DNA of 43,322 nt from Candidatus Omnitrophota bacterium (lineage in GTDB: Bacteria > Omnitrophota > Gorgyraeia > Duberdicusellales > 4484-171): positions 1 through 43,322 of the forward strand of contig JBDRDJ010000029.1 of NCBI GenBank assembly GCA_043820815.1, written 5' to 3'. The notes under the pieces were generated by a model. That model searched no databases. It was not told where the DNA came from and worked only from the letters and a program-made list of their open reading frames with translations. Shown in pieces: positions 17,545 to 27,967 of this stretch (the stretch's first letter is position 1; each line of letters opens with the position of its first letter). The translations under genes and the position numbers were made by a program.

Positions 17545-18778
17545 ACCGCTTGTTTCCGAAAGCAGGCTTGAAAACTGCCTGCTGCCTTTAAGTGACCCAC
17601 AAGTTTTACTCGAAGGTGATTTTTGCAGTGAGCAAAAAGCATCCGCTTATCTATTCAGGGATTTCGAAAAAGTCATTTTGTTTTACGGTGATGATAACCC
17701 TAAGAAATTTTTTGCTGAAATCGAAAAATTCTTAAAGAAAGGGTTTTGGGTATGCGGATATTTTTCTTACGAATTCGGATATTGGCTGGAACCGGCCCTG
17801 CGGTACCTTAGGCCAAAAATAGAGCAGCCGCTTGTTTGGCTCGGGGTCTGTAAGAGGCCTTTTTTGATTTCTAACAAACAAGAAGCTCCTGTATATAAAA
17901 ACTCTATAAAATACAGTCTGTGTAACTTGAAATGCAGCTTAAGCTTTCCAGAATATGAGAAAAAGATAAAGAGAATAAAATATTACCTGGAAAACGGATT
18001 AACATACCAGGTAAATTTAACATTCAAATTAGAATTCGAAATATCAGCAGATGTATTTGATTTTTATCTGGCATTAAGGAGAGCTCAGCCTGCTCCCTAC
18101 AGGGCTTTTATAAATACCGGAACGCAATATATACTTTCTCTGTCTCCGGAGCTGTTTTTCCGCATAGACGGCAAAAGAATTATGAGCCGGCCCATGAAAG
18201 GGACGGCTGCACGGTCCGCATCCATAGAGAGAGACAGGCGTAATAAGGAAGCCCTTTTAAAAAGCAAAAAAATTCAAGCGGAAAATGTAATGATTACCGA
18301 TTTGCTAAGAAACGATTTAGGCAAGATATGTTCGAATGTAACTGTTGATCAATTATTTAAGGTTGAGGAATACAGCACCTTGTATCAGGTAACTTCTACT
18401 ATTTTGGGCAGCCTTAATAACGGCACTGCTTATAGTGATATTTTTACATCTTTATTTCCCTGCGGTTCGGTGACCGGCGCTCCTAAAATAAAAACTATGG
18501 AAATAATAAAGATTCTTGAAAAGCAAAACAGGGGTATATATACTGGAGCCATAGGGTATATTTCGCCCTCAAAAGATACCTGTTTTAATGTTGCCATAAG
18601 GACGGTTGTGCTAAACAAAAATCATGGCGAGATCGGTATCGGAGGAGGAATCGTATATGATTCGGTTGCTTTTAACGAATACAAGGAAGCACTTCTTAAA
18701 TCCGAATTTTTGACAAAATTTTCTTATCCGTCTGACAAAAATGTCTCGCCGGTTATTAAACAGGGCGGGTATTTTTAG
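17537..18778 (+). CDS. pabB: Aminodeoxychorismate synthase component I
   Basis: GYFSYE, YQVNLT, SPELFF, RPMKGT, AENVMITDLLRNDLG, FPCGSVTGAPKI, FNVAIRT. Confidence 0.88.
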   Translation: MTKPLVSESRLENCLLPLSDPQVLLEGDFCSEQKASAYLFRDFEKVILFYGDDNPKKFFAEIEKFLKKGFWVCGYFSYEFGYWLEPALRYLRPKIEQPLVWLGVCKRPFLISNKQEAPVYKNSIKYSLCNLKCSLSFPEYEKKIKRIKYYLENGLTYQVNLTFKLEFEISADVFDFYLALRRAQPAPYRAFINTGTQYILSLSPELFFRIDGKRIMSRPMKGTAARSASIERDRRNKEALLKSKKIQAENVMITDLLRNDLGKICSNVTVDQLFKVEEYSTLYQVTSTILGSLNNGTAYSDIFTSLFPCGSVTGAPKIKTMEIIKILEKQNRGIYTGAIGYISPSKDTCFNVAIRTVVLNKNHGEIGIGGGIVYDSVAFNEYKEALLKSEFLTKFSYPSDKNVSPVIKQGGYF

Positions 18779-18909
18779 CCCAATATCTGCCTTGCTAATT
18801 TATAAAAAAAGTGTAAAATAAGTCAATCGATTATCAAAAATGAGGCTTATTTATCAGCAGGAACTGCAAGTTTAAAAGGAGTAAATTTTAATAAGGATAA
18901 ACTTCTGCA

Positions 18910-19740
18910 ATGCGTGAATTTAATGTAAAAATAAGCACCACCAAAAAGATAAAAACAGATATATACTTACTGGCCTTTAAGCATGCCTATGTTGCTAATC
19001 GTATAAAGCCGGGGCAATTCTTACACATAAAGATTGATGAGAATCAAACCATACTGCGCCGCCCCTTAAGTGTTCACAAAGTCAAAGCCGGAACTGTTTA
19101 TGTTCTTTTTGAGGTCCGCGGAAGAGGCACAAAGCTCCTTTCTACTTATAAAAGAGGCAAGATACTTAATATTATAGGGCCTCTGGGCAATGGATTTAAT
19201 TTAAAGCCTTGGGTCAAAATACGAAATACGAAACACGAACCGCAAACCACAGCATCTTCAGCAAATATTCTGATAGGCGGAGGAATTGGTGCTGCCCCAT
19301 TATTCTTCCTGGCTCAGAAATTAAAAAATGAAAACAATACGGTATTAATTGGCGCTCCGGCAAAAGATAAGATTGTCTGCGTGGAAGATTTTAAGAAGCT
19401 TGGGTGCAATGTTCAAATAGCAACTGACAACGGCACTAAAGGTTACAAAGGCCCTGTCACCGGCCTGCTAAAAAAGTTGTTGCCAAACACGAACCACCCT
19501 TCGGCTTCGCTCAAGGGCCGCTCACCACGAACCGCGATATATGCCTGCGGGCCAAAAAGTATGTTTGCTGAGATATATAAAATCATAAAACCTTATAAAA
19601 ATATATACTGTGAGGTATCCTTTGACCAATTTATGGGCTGTGGTTTGGGTTTTTGTTATACCTGCGTTATAAAAACAAAAGACGGTTATAAAAAATTATG
19701 TAAAGAGGGGCCGGTTTTCAGGATAGACCAAATCTGGTGA
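18910..19740 (+). CDS. pyrK: Dihydroorotate dehydrogenase electron transfer subunit
   Basis: PGQF, LRRPLS, GPLGNGF, GGGIG, ACGP, MGCGLGFCYTC...CKEGPVF ([2Fe-2S]). Contains two repeat-derived insertions. Confidence 0.94.
   Translation: MREFNVKISTTKKIKTDIYLLAFKHAYVANRIKPGQFLHIKIDENQTILRRPLSVHKVKAGTVYVLFEVRGRGTKLLSTYKRGKILNIIGPLGNGFNLKPWVKIRNTKHEPQTTASSANILIGGGIGAAPLFFLAQKLKNENNTVLIGAPAKDKIVCVEDFKKLGCNVQIATDNGTKGYKGPVTGLLKKLLPNTNHPSASLKGRSPRTAIYACGPKSMFAEIYKIIKPYKNIYCEVSFDQFMGCGLGFCYTCVIKTKDGYKKLCKEGPVFRIDQIW
19218..19252 (+). repeat. Heptamer array inside the pyrK reading frame
   Basis: AATACGA AATACGA AACACGA ACCGCAA ACCACAG. Confidence 0.75.
19486..19537 (+). repeat. Heptamer array with a nested TTCG/CTCA hairpin inside pyrK
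   Basis: AACACGA ACCA[CCC-TTCG-GCTTCG-CTCA-AGGG]CCGCTC ACCACGA ACCGCGA. Confidence 0.7.
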
Positions 19741-19790
19741 TTGCAGATTCTTGATGAATGCCAAACGTTAAAAAATAAAAAGGAGGTCTG

Positions 19791-20936
19791 ATGCAGCCGC
19801 TTATTTCAATAATTGTACCTGTAAGAAACATGGAAAGGACCATTGGGACTACTTTTAACTATCTGATGAATGTTGATTACCCGCGCAAAAGAATGGAGGT
19901 CATTTTCGCTGACGGAGGAAGTAATGACAGTACGGTTTCCATTATAAAAAATTACCAAAAAGAGCACCCCTTCATAAAACTGGTTGAGATTCCAAACTGT
20001 CCTTCTCCGGGGTTTGCCCGCACAAAAGCCCTTAAGGAAGCCGAGGGAGATTATGTATTCTTTACCGACGGGGATTGCGCTCCCTGCGGGGACTGGATTT
20101 ATAAGATGTTAGAGGTTTTTGGAAAAGACCCTAAAATAGGCGCAGTGGGCGGAGAAATTCTGACTTTACGCGTAGACCCTGACAATCTAGTTGAAATTTT
20201 TTGCGAGGCCTTTGGGTTTAACCGCGTTGCCTGGCGTTACGGTAACCTGCAGGAAGGTTACTATCCTGATTTAGACAATTTTACCCCTGTTGAAATCTGC
20301 GGACACAGGGCTTATTTCTTTGTAACGGCAAATGTCGCATACAGAAAGGAAGCTATTGAAGAAAATGAAAGAAGATTTTGGGACCTTCCTACAGGTGAAG
20401 ATATTGATTTTGGCATAAGGGCAAGAAAAAAAGGCTGGAAGTTTTATTTTTTACCTTCGGCATCAGTTGAGCATATGCATAGGGCGGATTTAAAAGCATT
20501 AGGCAAAGTATGGGCTTCATACGGTGCGGCGCACCCGCCTCTCATAGGGGCACACGCAAGAAAATATTTTGAAATTATCCCGCAGTTTATAGGCAGCTGG
20601 CCCAATCACAAAATCATAAAATTCCCTTTTATTGTTAAAGGGTTTTTATATCTGGGCAATTTTCATTTTATGCACCTTTTCGGCTTGTTATTCTTTATCT
20701 TTTTCGTGCTGCAGTGGTTTTTGCCTGTATTGTGGATTCGAATCTTGGCCTGGGTATTGCTGCCTGTATTTTCATTTTTTGTGTTTAGATTTTTCAGGAC
20801 CGCTTTTAATATCCAGCCGTACAACAAGTGGCTTGAATATTCCAAAATGAAATATCTCACAAACCTTTATTTCATAATAGGCGGAATGAAAGGATCGATT
20901 AAGCATAAGACATTTTGCATAGAACCCAGCTTTTAA
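19791..20936 (+). CDS. Family 2 glycosyltransferase with C-terminal TM helices
   Basis: SIIVPVRN, DGGSND, FTDGDC, GEDIDF; AAGGAGG RBS. Confidence 0.88.
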   Translation: MQPLISIIVPVRNMERTIGTTFNYLMNVDYPRKRMEVIFADGGSNDSTVSIIKNYQKEHPFIKLVEIPNCPSPGFARTKALKEAEGDYVFFTDGDCAPCGDWIYKMLEVFGKDPKIGAVGGEILTLRVDPDNLVEIFCEAFGFNRVAWRYGNLQEGYYPDLDNFTPVEICGHRAYFFVTANVAYRKEAIEENERRFWDLPTGEDIDFGIRARKKGWKFYFLPSASVEHMHRADLKALGKVWASYGAAHPPLIGAHARKYFEIIPQFIGSWPNHKIIKFPFIVKGFLYLGNFHFMHLFGLLFFIFFVLQWFLPVLWIRILAWVLLPVFSFFVFRFFRTAFNIQPYNKWLEYSKMKYLTNLYFIIGGMKGSIKHKTFCIEPSF

Positions 20937-20940
20937 ATGA

Positions 20941-20987
20941 GGCAGCATCTTTTGCCGAAGTGTTGCGAGAGCAAGAGTGCTTAGCCT
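20941..20987. repeat. Hairpin element, copy 1 (copy 2 at 41307-41372)
   Basis: GCAGCATCTTTTGCCGA...GCGAGAGCAAGAGTGC.TAGC. Confidence 0.7.
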
Positions 20988-21010
20988 AGCGTGTAATTTT
21001 TCAGAATGCA

Positions 21011-21160
21011 GGTAACAGTTAGGGTTATGGTGACGTAAATAAATTAAAAATCAAATATCAAAAATTTAAATGGCAACGTAAAATTTTAAGAGTTAAATCT
21101 AAACATTTTGAATTTTAATTTGTCGTTTTGATATTTACATTTTTATTTTTGATTTTGCAA
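21011..21160. repeat. ~150-bp AT-rich inverted-repeat element, copy 1
   Basis: 6-nt-period prefix, then an AAAAATCAAATATCAAAAAT... arm and a ...TTTTGATATTTACATTTTTATTTTTGATTTTGCAA arm. Colinear with 34745-34901. Confidence 0.8.
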
Positions 21161-21187
21161 AATGAACACTTAATAAAGGAGAGGTTT

Positions 21188-21544
21188 ATGCTGGCAGCTT
21201 ATATTGCATTAGGTTTAATTGCGGGGATATCGAGCGGATTTTTAGGAATCGGCGGAGGCACAATTTTAATACCGGTTTTAGTCTATGCTTTCGGCTTAAC
21301 CCAGCATCAAGCGCAAGGCACAACGCTTGCGTTAATGGTGCCGCCGATTGGGCTATTGGCGGCAATAAAATATTACGCAGAGGGAAATGTAAAAATATAT
21401 ACCGCAGCATTTATCTGTCTTGGTTTTTTTATCGGCGGTTTAGTCGGAGCGCATTTTGCCCATAAAGTACCCGACCTCGTGTTAAAACGCGTTTTCGGGT
21501 TTTTTCTTATGGCAGTTTCCATAAAAATGATTTTAGGAAAGTAA
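21188..21544 (+). CDS. TSUP (TauE/SafE) family half-size membrane transporter
   Basis: GLIAGISSGFLGIGGG, QHQAQGTTL, GGLVGA. GGAGAGG RBS before ATG 21188. Confidence 0.87.
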   Translation: MLAAYIALGLIAGISSGFLGIGGGTILIPVLVYAFGLTQHQAQGTTLALMVPPIGLLAAIKYYAEGNVKIYTAAFICLGFFIGGLVGAHFAHKVPDLVLKRVFGFFLMAVSIKMILGK

Positions 21545-21545
21545 G

Positions 21546-22454
21546 ATGAATTTAAATATACATATAGGAAAATTAAAACTGAAAAATCCCGTTGTTTGCG
21601 CCTCGGGAACCTTTGGATTTGACGAAAACCTTAAGGGCATTGTTAATTTTAATAAAATTGGGGCAATAACCACAAAAACAGTAACTCTTAAGCCCCGTCA
21701 GGGCAATCCCCCTCCGCGTATTTTCGAGACCAGCTGCGGAGTAATAAACTCCGTCGGTTTGGATAATCCCGGGATAGAGGCATTTATTAAGGTAAATATA
21801 CCCCGGCTTGCGAAACTAAACACAAAATTTATCGTTAGTATCGGAGGATTTTCTAAAAGCGATTACACCAGGGCAGTAGAAAAATTAGACAAAATAAAAA
21901 CATTAGAGGCATTTGAAATAAATCTTTCCTGCCCTAATTTAAAGATGAAGAAGATGATTTCTCAAAACCCGCAGGCTACTTACAGGCTTATTAAAGCAAT
22001 AAGGGGCTTAACACAAAAAACTATTATTGCCAAGCTTACGCCCGAGGTAACTGATATCGTCTCTGTAGCAAAGGCCGCAAAGGATGCCGGCGCAGACGGC
22101 CTGTCTTTGATAAATACATTCTATGCCATGGCTATAGATGTTTGTTCCCGCAGGCCTTATTTGGGTAATATATATGGAGGTTATTCAGGAAAAGCAATAA
22201 AGCCGTTGGGCATATATAGGGTGTGGCGGGTGGCAAAGAGCGTAAAAAATATACCTATAATCGCCGGAGGCGGTATCCAGGGGCCGGTTTGCGCCTTGGA
22301 ATATATTCTTGCCGGAGCATCGGCAGTAAGCTTAGGAACCGTTAATATGGTTTACCCGAATACTTCCCAGTCTGTTGTAGAGGGCATAATTAAATATCTG
22401 AATAGGCACAAGATTAAAGATATAAACGAGCTGCGCGGCAGCTTGAAGTGTTGA
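21546..22454 (+). CDS. pyrD: Dihydroorotate dehydrogenase 1B catalytic subunit
   Basis: ASGTFG, GNPPPRI, NSVGLDNPG, EINLSCPN, KLTP, LINT, GGYSGKAIKP. Confidence 0.95.
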   Translation: MNLNIHIGKLKLKNPVVCASGTFGFDENLKGIVNFNKIGAITTKTVTLKPRQGNPPPRIFETSCGVINSVGLDNPGIEAFIKVNIPRLAKLNTKFIVSIGGFSKSDYTRAVEKLDKIKTLEAFEINLSCPNLKMKKMISQNPQATYRLIKAIRGLTQKTIIAKLTPEVTDIVSVAKAAKDAGADGLSLINTFYAMAIDVCSRRPYLGNIYGGYSGKAIKPLGIYRVWRVAKSVKNIPIIAGGGIQGPVCALEYILAGASAVSLGTVNMVYPNTSQSVVEGIIKYLNRHKIKDINELRGSLKC

Positions 22455-22462
22455 AGGTGTAA

Positions 22463-23164
22463 ATGCAAGGGTTTAAAAAATTAATTGTTGCTTTAGATAT
22501 TGAGGACAGAAAGAAAATAGCAAGGGTCATTGACTCGCTTTATCCGCATGGGGCAAAATTTAAAATCGGCTCAGTTGCTTTTACAAAATTCGGACCCAGA
22601 TTAGTAAAGGGCCTTGTTAAAAAAGGCATAGATATATTCCTTGATTTAAAATTGTACGATATTCCCAATACTATGAAAAATACGGCAAAGATTATAACCG
22701 AACTGGGCTGCTGGGCATTTACCGTGCATATTAGCGCCGGCCCTAAGGCCTTAGGGCAGGTAAGAGAGGAAGTTTTGTCAGCATCTAAAAAATTGAAGGT
22801 AAGGAAACCCTTAATTTTAGGAGTTACCGAGCTAACAAGCAGGAATACAGATATTAAGAAAATTATTAAACTTTCCTCTTTGGCAGAAAGCGCTAAGATT
22901 GACGGCGTCATTTCTTCGGCATTCGAAGCCGCTCAAATAAAGGAGAAATATAAAAAATTAAAGGTTATAACACCGGGGATCAGAAACCAGAATCAGGAAA
23001 ATATGGATGATCAAAAAAGAGTGGCAACCGCTTCATTTGCTTTAAAAAACGGGGCAGATTATATTGTTGTCGGCCGGCCCATAATCAATGAGAAAGATTA
23101 TGTTGCCGCAGCCAAAGCAATCTTGTCATCAGGCCGAACACCGAAAATGAAAACAGGAGAATAA
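22463..23164 (+). CDS. pyrF: Orotidine-5'-phosphate decarboxylase
   Basis: LIVALD, FLDLKLYDIPNT, TPGIR, DDQKR, VVGRPI. Confidence 0.96.
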   Translation: MQGFKKLIVALDIEDRKKIARVIDSLYPHGAKFKIGSVAFTKFGPRLVKGLVKKGIDIFLDLKLYDIPNTMKNTAKIITELGCWAFTVHISAGPKALGQVREEVLSASKKLKVRKPLILGVTELTSRNTDIKKIIKLSSLAESAKIDGVISSAFEAAQIKEKYKKLKVITPGIRNQNQENMDDQKRVATASFALKNGADYIVVGRPIINEKDYVAAAKAILSSGRTPKMKTGE

Positions 23165-23165
23165 A

Positions 23166-23774
23166 ATGGAAGTTAGTTTGGATAGTTTAATCGAGAAGAT
23201 AAAAAAAGAAGGTGTAGATGAGGCAAAGAAGGCCCAAGAGTCAATAGTTAAAAAAGCCGAAAAAGAAGCCAAAGAGATAATTAATCAAGCACGCCGGCAA
23301 GCCGAGCAATTAAAAGCTGATGCTAAAAAAGAAGCGGACGGTTTGATTGCGAACGGGAAAAGTTCGATAAACCAGGCGTTAAGAGATACTGTGCTTACCG
23401 TGCGCCAGAGGCTTAATGAGGTTGCAAACAGCGTTTTAAATAAAGAAATTTCCGGCACGCTCAGCCCTGAATTTACAAAAGAGCTGATACTTAAGATAAT
23501 AGATAAATGGGCGCCAAAGCAAAACTTAGATTTGGAATTAATTATAAGCGAAAAAGATAGGGTAAAAATTGAAGAGATGATCCTTGAAAAAATAAAAGAA
23601 AAGGCAAAACAAACCTTGAATATTAAAGTAAGCAAAAATATAAATAAAGGGTTCCTTATCGGCCTGCGTGATAATGATTATTATTATGAGTTTACCGATG
23701 AAAGCATTACAGAGGCATTAAAAGAATTTCTTAATGCCTCAACCCTTGCGCAGCTTAAAGATAAGAATGGATAA
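23166..23774 (+). CDS. V/A-type ATPase subunit E
   Basis: LIEKIKKEGV coiled coil, GFLIG; first gene of the V-ATPase cluster. Confidence 0.88.
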   Translation: MEVSLDSLIEKIKKEGVDEAKKAQESIVKKAEKEAKEIINQARRQAEQLKADAKKEADGLIANGKSSINQALRDTVLTVRQRLNEVANSVLNKEISGTLSPEFTKELILKIIDKWAPKQNLDLELIISEKDRVKIEEMILEKIKEKAKQTLNIKVSKNINKGFLIGLRDNDYYYEFTDESITEALKEFLNASTLAQLKDKNG

Positions 23775-24306
23775 ATTTTATTATTTAGCTGCCCAGCTGC
23801 CGGCTGTTAAATTTTCAAAGCCGTCACCAATTAGCTGTGAAGCCTTTTTAAAAGAAGCTTCTAAGCGGCTCGATAGAAAAGAGTATTTACAGTTGGCAAG
23901 CGCAAAACTCGGTAATATTGCGGCCGAGCCTAAGGGTTCGAAAACCGCTAAAGAATTCTTTCGGTTTGAATTGAACTTACGCAAGGAGCTTTTTGCCATA
24001 AGGCAGGCGCGCATTGAATTGGGGCAAACCGGCAGAGATTATTCAAAAGAAAAGGTAAACATAAGTAAACCGCAGGGCTTAAATTTATTAGGCCAGGAGC
24101 TTATTTCCGGTAATCCCTTGGAAGTTGAGAAAAATCTTCTTGGATTTAGATGGAGGTTCCTTGGCGATTTAGAACCCGGCCATTATTTTGATTTAGATTT
24201 CCTAACTGTTTATTTCCTGAAATTGCAAATTTTAGAACGCCTTTTTTCTTTCGATAAAGAAAAAGGCATAAAGGTTTTTGATAAGATGTGCGAGGTTAAA
24301 TTATGA
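23767..24306 (+). CDS. V/A-type ATPase subunit C-like (DUF2764)
   Basis: YYLAAQLP, FELNLRKEL...R, NPLEVEK, HYFD, YFLKLQILER; between E and A. Confidence 0.82.
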   Translation: MDKFYYLAAQLPAVKFSKPSPISCEAFLKEASKRLDRKEYLQLASAKLGNIAAEPKGSKTAKEFFRFELNLRKELFAIRQARIELGQTGRDYSKEKVNISKPQGLNLLGQELISGNPLEVEKNLLGFRWRFLGDLEPGHYFDLDFLTVYFLKLQILERLFSFDKEKGIKVFDKMCEVKL

Positions 24307-26054
24307 GAGAAACCTGCGGCAAAGTAGTCTTGGTGCAAGGAAATATGATATCCGTTGAAGTGGATGGGAGAATTTTTCAAAACGAAGTAGGCTATGTTAT
24401 ATCCAACGAAGAACGTATCAAAGCGGAAGTAATCAAAATTCAGGGGCCTCTTGCTGACATGCAGGTATTTGAAGCAACAAAAGGGTTAAAAGCCGGCGAT
24501 AAAGTCGAATTTTCCGGTGAGATGATTTCAGTAAGTTTAGGCCCGGGTTTGCTTGGGCAAATATATGACGGCCTTCAAAACCCCTTGCCGGAATTGGCAG
24601 AGAAGTTTGGATTTTTTCTTCCCCGGGGGGTTTCTCTCAATGCCTTAAATTCAGATAGAATTTGGCATTTCACGCCTATGGTTAAACCAAAAGATATAGT
24701 TAGGCGGGGAAATCCCCTTGGTTATGTCCAAGAGGGAATCTTTAAACATTATATAATTGTCCCCTTGGATTTATACGAAGAATATTCTGTCCAGGAAATT
24801 AAACAGGAAGCTGATTATAAGATAAATGATATCATTTGCACCCTTAAATGCCCCCGCGGAAATAAAATCGAACTCGATATGGTTTTTGAGTGGCCGATAA
24901 AAATACCCATTGACGCTTACAAGCAGAAGTTCATACCCACCGAGCCTTTGGTAACAAAAATACGGATTATCGATACTTTTTTTCCTATTTCTAAGGGGGG
25001 AACTTATTGTGTGCCCGGGCCGTTTGGAGCGGGAAAAACCGTTCTGCAGCAGCTAATCAGCCGTTTTGCCGAAGCAGACATAGTTATTATCGCTGCCTGC
25101 GGCGAGAGGGCAGGTGAAGTTGTTGAGACTCTGCGCAGGTTTCCCGAGCTAATTGACCCGCGGACCAACAGGGCTTTAATGGAGAGGACTATAATTATAT
25201 GCAATACCAGTTCTATGCCGGTTGCCGCTCGTGACGCAAGCGTCTATACGGCAGCGACACTGGGCGAGTATTACCGCCAGATGGGTTTGGATGTTCTTCT
25301 TCTTGCTGATTCGACTTCACGCTGGGCGCAGGCTATGAGGGAAATTTCCGGAAGACTGGAGGAAATACCGGGAGAAGAAGCTTACCCGGCCTATCTTGAA
25401 TCCCGCATTGCTGAATTTTATGAGAGGGCAGGGGTGGTTGAGCTTTTTTCCGGCGAGAAAGGGAGTTTAACCATAGGAGGCACCATAAGCCCGGCCGGAG
25501 GAAATTTTGACGAGCCGGTAACACAGTCCACGCTTAAAGTTGTGGGAGCTTTTGTGGGATTGTCCCGTGACCGTGCGGATGCCCGGCGGTTTCCTTCAAT
25601 AGACCCTCTTGAAAGCTGGTCACACTATAACAGTTTTGTTAAAGAGGAGAGTGTTAAAAACGCAAAGGAAATTCTTTCATCCGGAAACGAAGTGCGCCAG
25701 ATGATGATGGTTGTAGGAGAGGAAGGGACTTCCATAGAAGATTTTATCAAATACCTGAAAGCGGAATTTCTCGACAGCGTGTATTTGCAACAAAACGCTT
25801 TCGATAGCGTTGATGCTGCAACAACTCCCGAGAGGCAGAAACATGTCTTTGACACGGTAAGCGGTATTCTTGATGCTGATTTTGTTTTTGATAAAAAAGA
25901 GCAAGCGCGGGATTTCTTCTATGAGTTAAGGCAGCTTTTTGTCGATTGGAATTATAAACCATGGGATTCTGAGGAATTTAGAAATCAGCAAAAGGCGGTT
26001 GAGGATTTTCTTGAAACCAATACAGATAAAAACAATGAAAAAAGTTTACAGTAA
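24303..26054 (+). CDS. V/A-type ATPase subunit A
   Basis: [37 protein letters not shown]. Confidence 0.96.
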   Translation: MRETCGKVVLVQGNMISVEVDGRIFQNEVGYVISNEERIKAEVIKIQGPLADMQVFEATKGLKAGDKVEFSGEMISVSLGPGLLGQIYDGLQNPLPELAEKFGFFLPRGVSLNALNSDRIWHFTPMVKPKDIVRRGNPLGYVQEGIFKHYIIVPLDLYEEYSVQEIKQEADYKINDIICTLKCPRGNKIELDMVFEWPIKIPIDAYKQKFIPTEPLVTKIRIIDTFFPISKGGTYCVPGPFGAGKTVLQQLISRFAEADIVIIAACGERAGEVVETLRRFPELIDPRTNRALMERTIIICNTSSMPVAARDASVYTAATLGEYYRQMGLDVLLLADSTSRWAQAMREISGRLEEIPGEEAYPAYLESRIAEFYERAGVVELFSGEKGSLTIGGTISPAGGNFDEPVTQSTLKVVGAFVGLSRDRADARRFPSIDPLESWSHYNSFVKEESVKNAKEILSSGNEVRQMMMVVGEEGTSIEDFIKYLKAEFLDSVYLQQNAFDSVDAATTPERQKHVFDTVSGILDADFVFDKKEQARDFFYELRQLFVDWNYKPWDSEEFRNQQKAVEDFLETNTDKNNEKSLQ

Positions 26055-27333
26055 GATATTAAGCGTTATCGGAAATGTTATCACAGTGCGGGCAAGCGGT
26101 ATTGCTTATGAGGAGCTTGCAGAAATAACTTCGTACCGCGGTAAATCTTTAGCCCAGGTGATTAAACTCCACGGAGATACCGTATCGCTTCAGGTATTTT
26201 CCGGAAGCAGGGGGGTTTCTACCGATGATAATTTAAGATTTCTGGGGCATCCCATGAGGGTTTCTTTTTCAGAAAATATGCTGGGAAGAATCTTTGACGG
26301 AAGCGGCGCCCCCCGTGACAAAGGCCCACACTTATTAGAGAATCTTATTGAAATTGCCGGGCCTTCAGTTAACCCTTCAAAGAGAATAATACCGGGCAGG
26401 ATGATAAGAACCAATATCCCCATGATAGATGTTTTTAATTCTTTAGTTGTATCTCAAAAACTGCCTATATTTTCAGTATCGGGTGAGCCTTACAATGAAC
26501 TTCTTGCCCGCATTGCTCTTCAAGCCCAAGCCGACTTAATTATTTTAGGAGGCATAGGACTTAAGTATGATCAGTACATGTTTTTTAAAAATGAGATTGA
26601 GGCCGGGGGGTCACTTTACAAGTCTATATTCTTTATGCACACGGCATCGGATCCGGTTGTTGAGGGGTTAATGGTTCCTGATCTTTGTTTGGCGGTTGCC
26701 GAAAAATTTGCCCTTGGCGGCAAGGATGTCCTTGTTTTGCTGACTGACATGACAAATTTCTCCGACGCCCTTAAGGAAATATCGATAACAATGGAAAAGG
26801 TTCCTTCCAATAGAGGTTACCCCGGAGATTTATACAGCCAGCTTGCCGCCCGATATGAGAAAGCTGTTGATTTCGAAGGTGCCGGATCAATTACTATTCT
26901 CGCTGTTACTACCATGCCCGGAGATGACATAACGCATCCGGTTCCCGACAATACCGGCTATATAACCGAAGGGCAGTTTTATCTTCGGGGAGGAAGAATT
27001 GAGCCTTTTGGCTCTTTGAGCCGTCTAAAACAGCAGGTAAATGACAAAACAAGGGCTGATCATCGTGCGATTATGGATGGAATGATTCAGCTCTATGCTC
27101 AATATAAAGAATCTGAGGAAAAACGGGCTATGGGCTTTAGGATGTCTGAGTGGGATCAGAAACTGCTTAAGTACGGCAGCCTCTTTAAAGCGCAAATGAT
27201 GGATTTATCTGTAAATATACCTCTCGAACAGGCCCTTGATAACGGCTGGAAGATTTTAGGCGAGTGTTTCCGCCCTGAAGAAACAAGTTTTCGCACTGAG
27301 TTAATAAAGGAATTCTGGCATGGCAAGGATTAA
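26035..27333 (+). CDS. V/A-type ATPase subunit B
   Basis: [37 protein letters not shown]. Start moved to ATG 26035. Confidence 0.96.
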   Translation: MKKVYSKILSVIGNVITVRASGIAYEELAEITSYRGKSLAQVIKLHGDTVSLQVFSGSRGVSTDDNLRFLGHPMRVSFSENMLGRIFDGSGAPRDKGPHLLENLIEIAGPSVNPSKRIIPGRMIRTNIPMIDVFNSLVVSQKLPIFSVSGEPYNELLARIALQAQADLIILGGIGLKYDQYMFFKNEIEAGGSLYKSIFFMHTASDPVVEGLMVPDLCLAVAEKFALGGKDVLVLLTDMTNFSDALKEISITMEKVPSNRGYPGDLYSQLAARYEKAVDFEGAGSITILAVTTMPGDDITHPVPDNTGYITEGQFYLRGGRIEPFGSLSRLKQQVNDKTRADHRAIMDGMIQLYAQYKESEEKRAMGFRMSEWDQKLLKYGSLFKAQMMDLSVNIPLEQALDNGWKILGECFRPEETSFRTELIKEFWHGKD

Positions 27334-27919
27334 ACTAACAAAGAACGAACTAAGACGGCAAAAGGAGGCTTTAAAAAGGTTTAGAAGATACCTGCCCATG
27401 CTTTTATTAAAAAAACAGCAGCTGCAGGCCGAAATTTTTAAGATTCATAAGAAAATAAATGAGCTGGAAAAACAATTTAACGGTGTTCGGGAAAATGTTT
27501 TTATCTGGGCGGATGTGTTTGCCGAAGATGCCGGCATTGATAAAATAATTTCCGTAGAAGATATTCTAACCGAGAACGGCAACATTGCCGGCTTAGATAT
27601 ACCTTTGTATAAAGGCATAAATTTTAAAATTGAATCTTATGATCTTATGCTTACGCCTTTATGGGTGGACAGCGCTTTAGTGGAAATCAAGCGGGCAGCA
27701 GAGCTTAATGCCCGGCTTATTATAGCTGATAAACAATCAACCATCCTGCAAGATGAGCTTAGAATAACAACCCAGAGGGTAAATTTGTTCGAGAAGATAA
27801 AAATCCCCGAGGCAAAGGAAAATATACGCTTTATAAGTATTTATCTGGGAGAACTTCAAACTCAAGAAGTGGTGCGAGGTAAAATAGCCAAAGCTAAAAT
27901 CGAGCGTACCCGCGTGTAA
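27320..27919 (+). CDS. V/A-type ATPase subunit D
   Basis: TKNEL...[24 protein letters not shown]. Confidence 0.94.
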   Translation: MARIKLTKNELRRQKEALKRFRRYLPMLLLKKQQLQAEIFKIHKKINELEKQFNGVRENVFIWADVFAEDAGIDKIISVEDILTENGNIAGLDIPLYKGINFKIESYDLMLTPLWVDSALVEIKRAAELNARLIIADKQSTILQDELRITTQRVNLFEKIKIPEAKENIRFISIYLGELQTQEVVRGKIAKAKIERTRV

Positions 27920-27967
27920 TTACTAATAGTAGAAGCGGATATCCGCCTATAATCTTGGTTTTATAAT

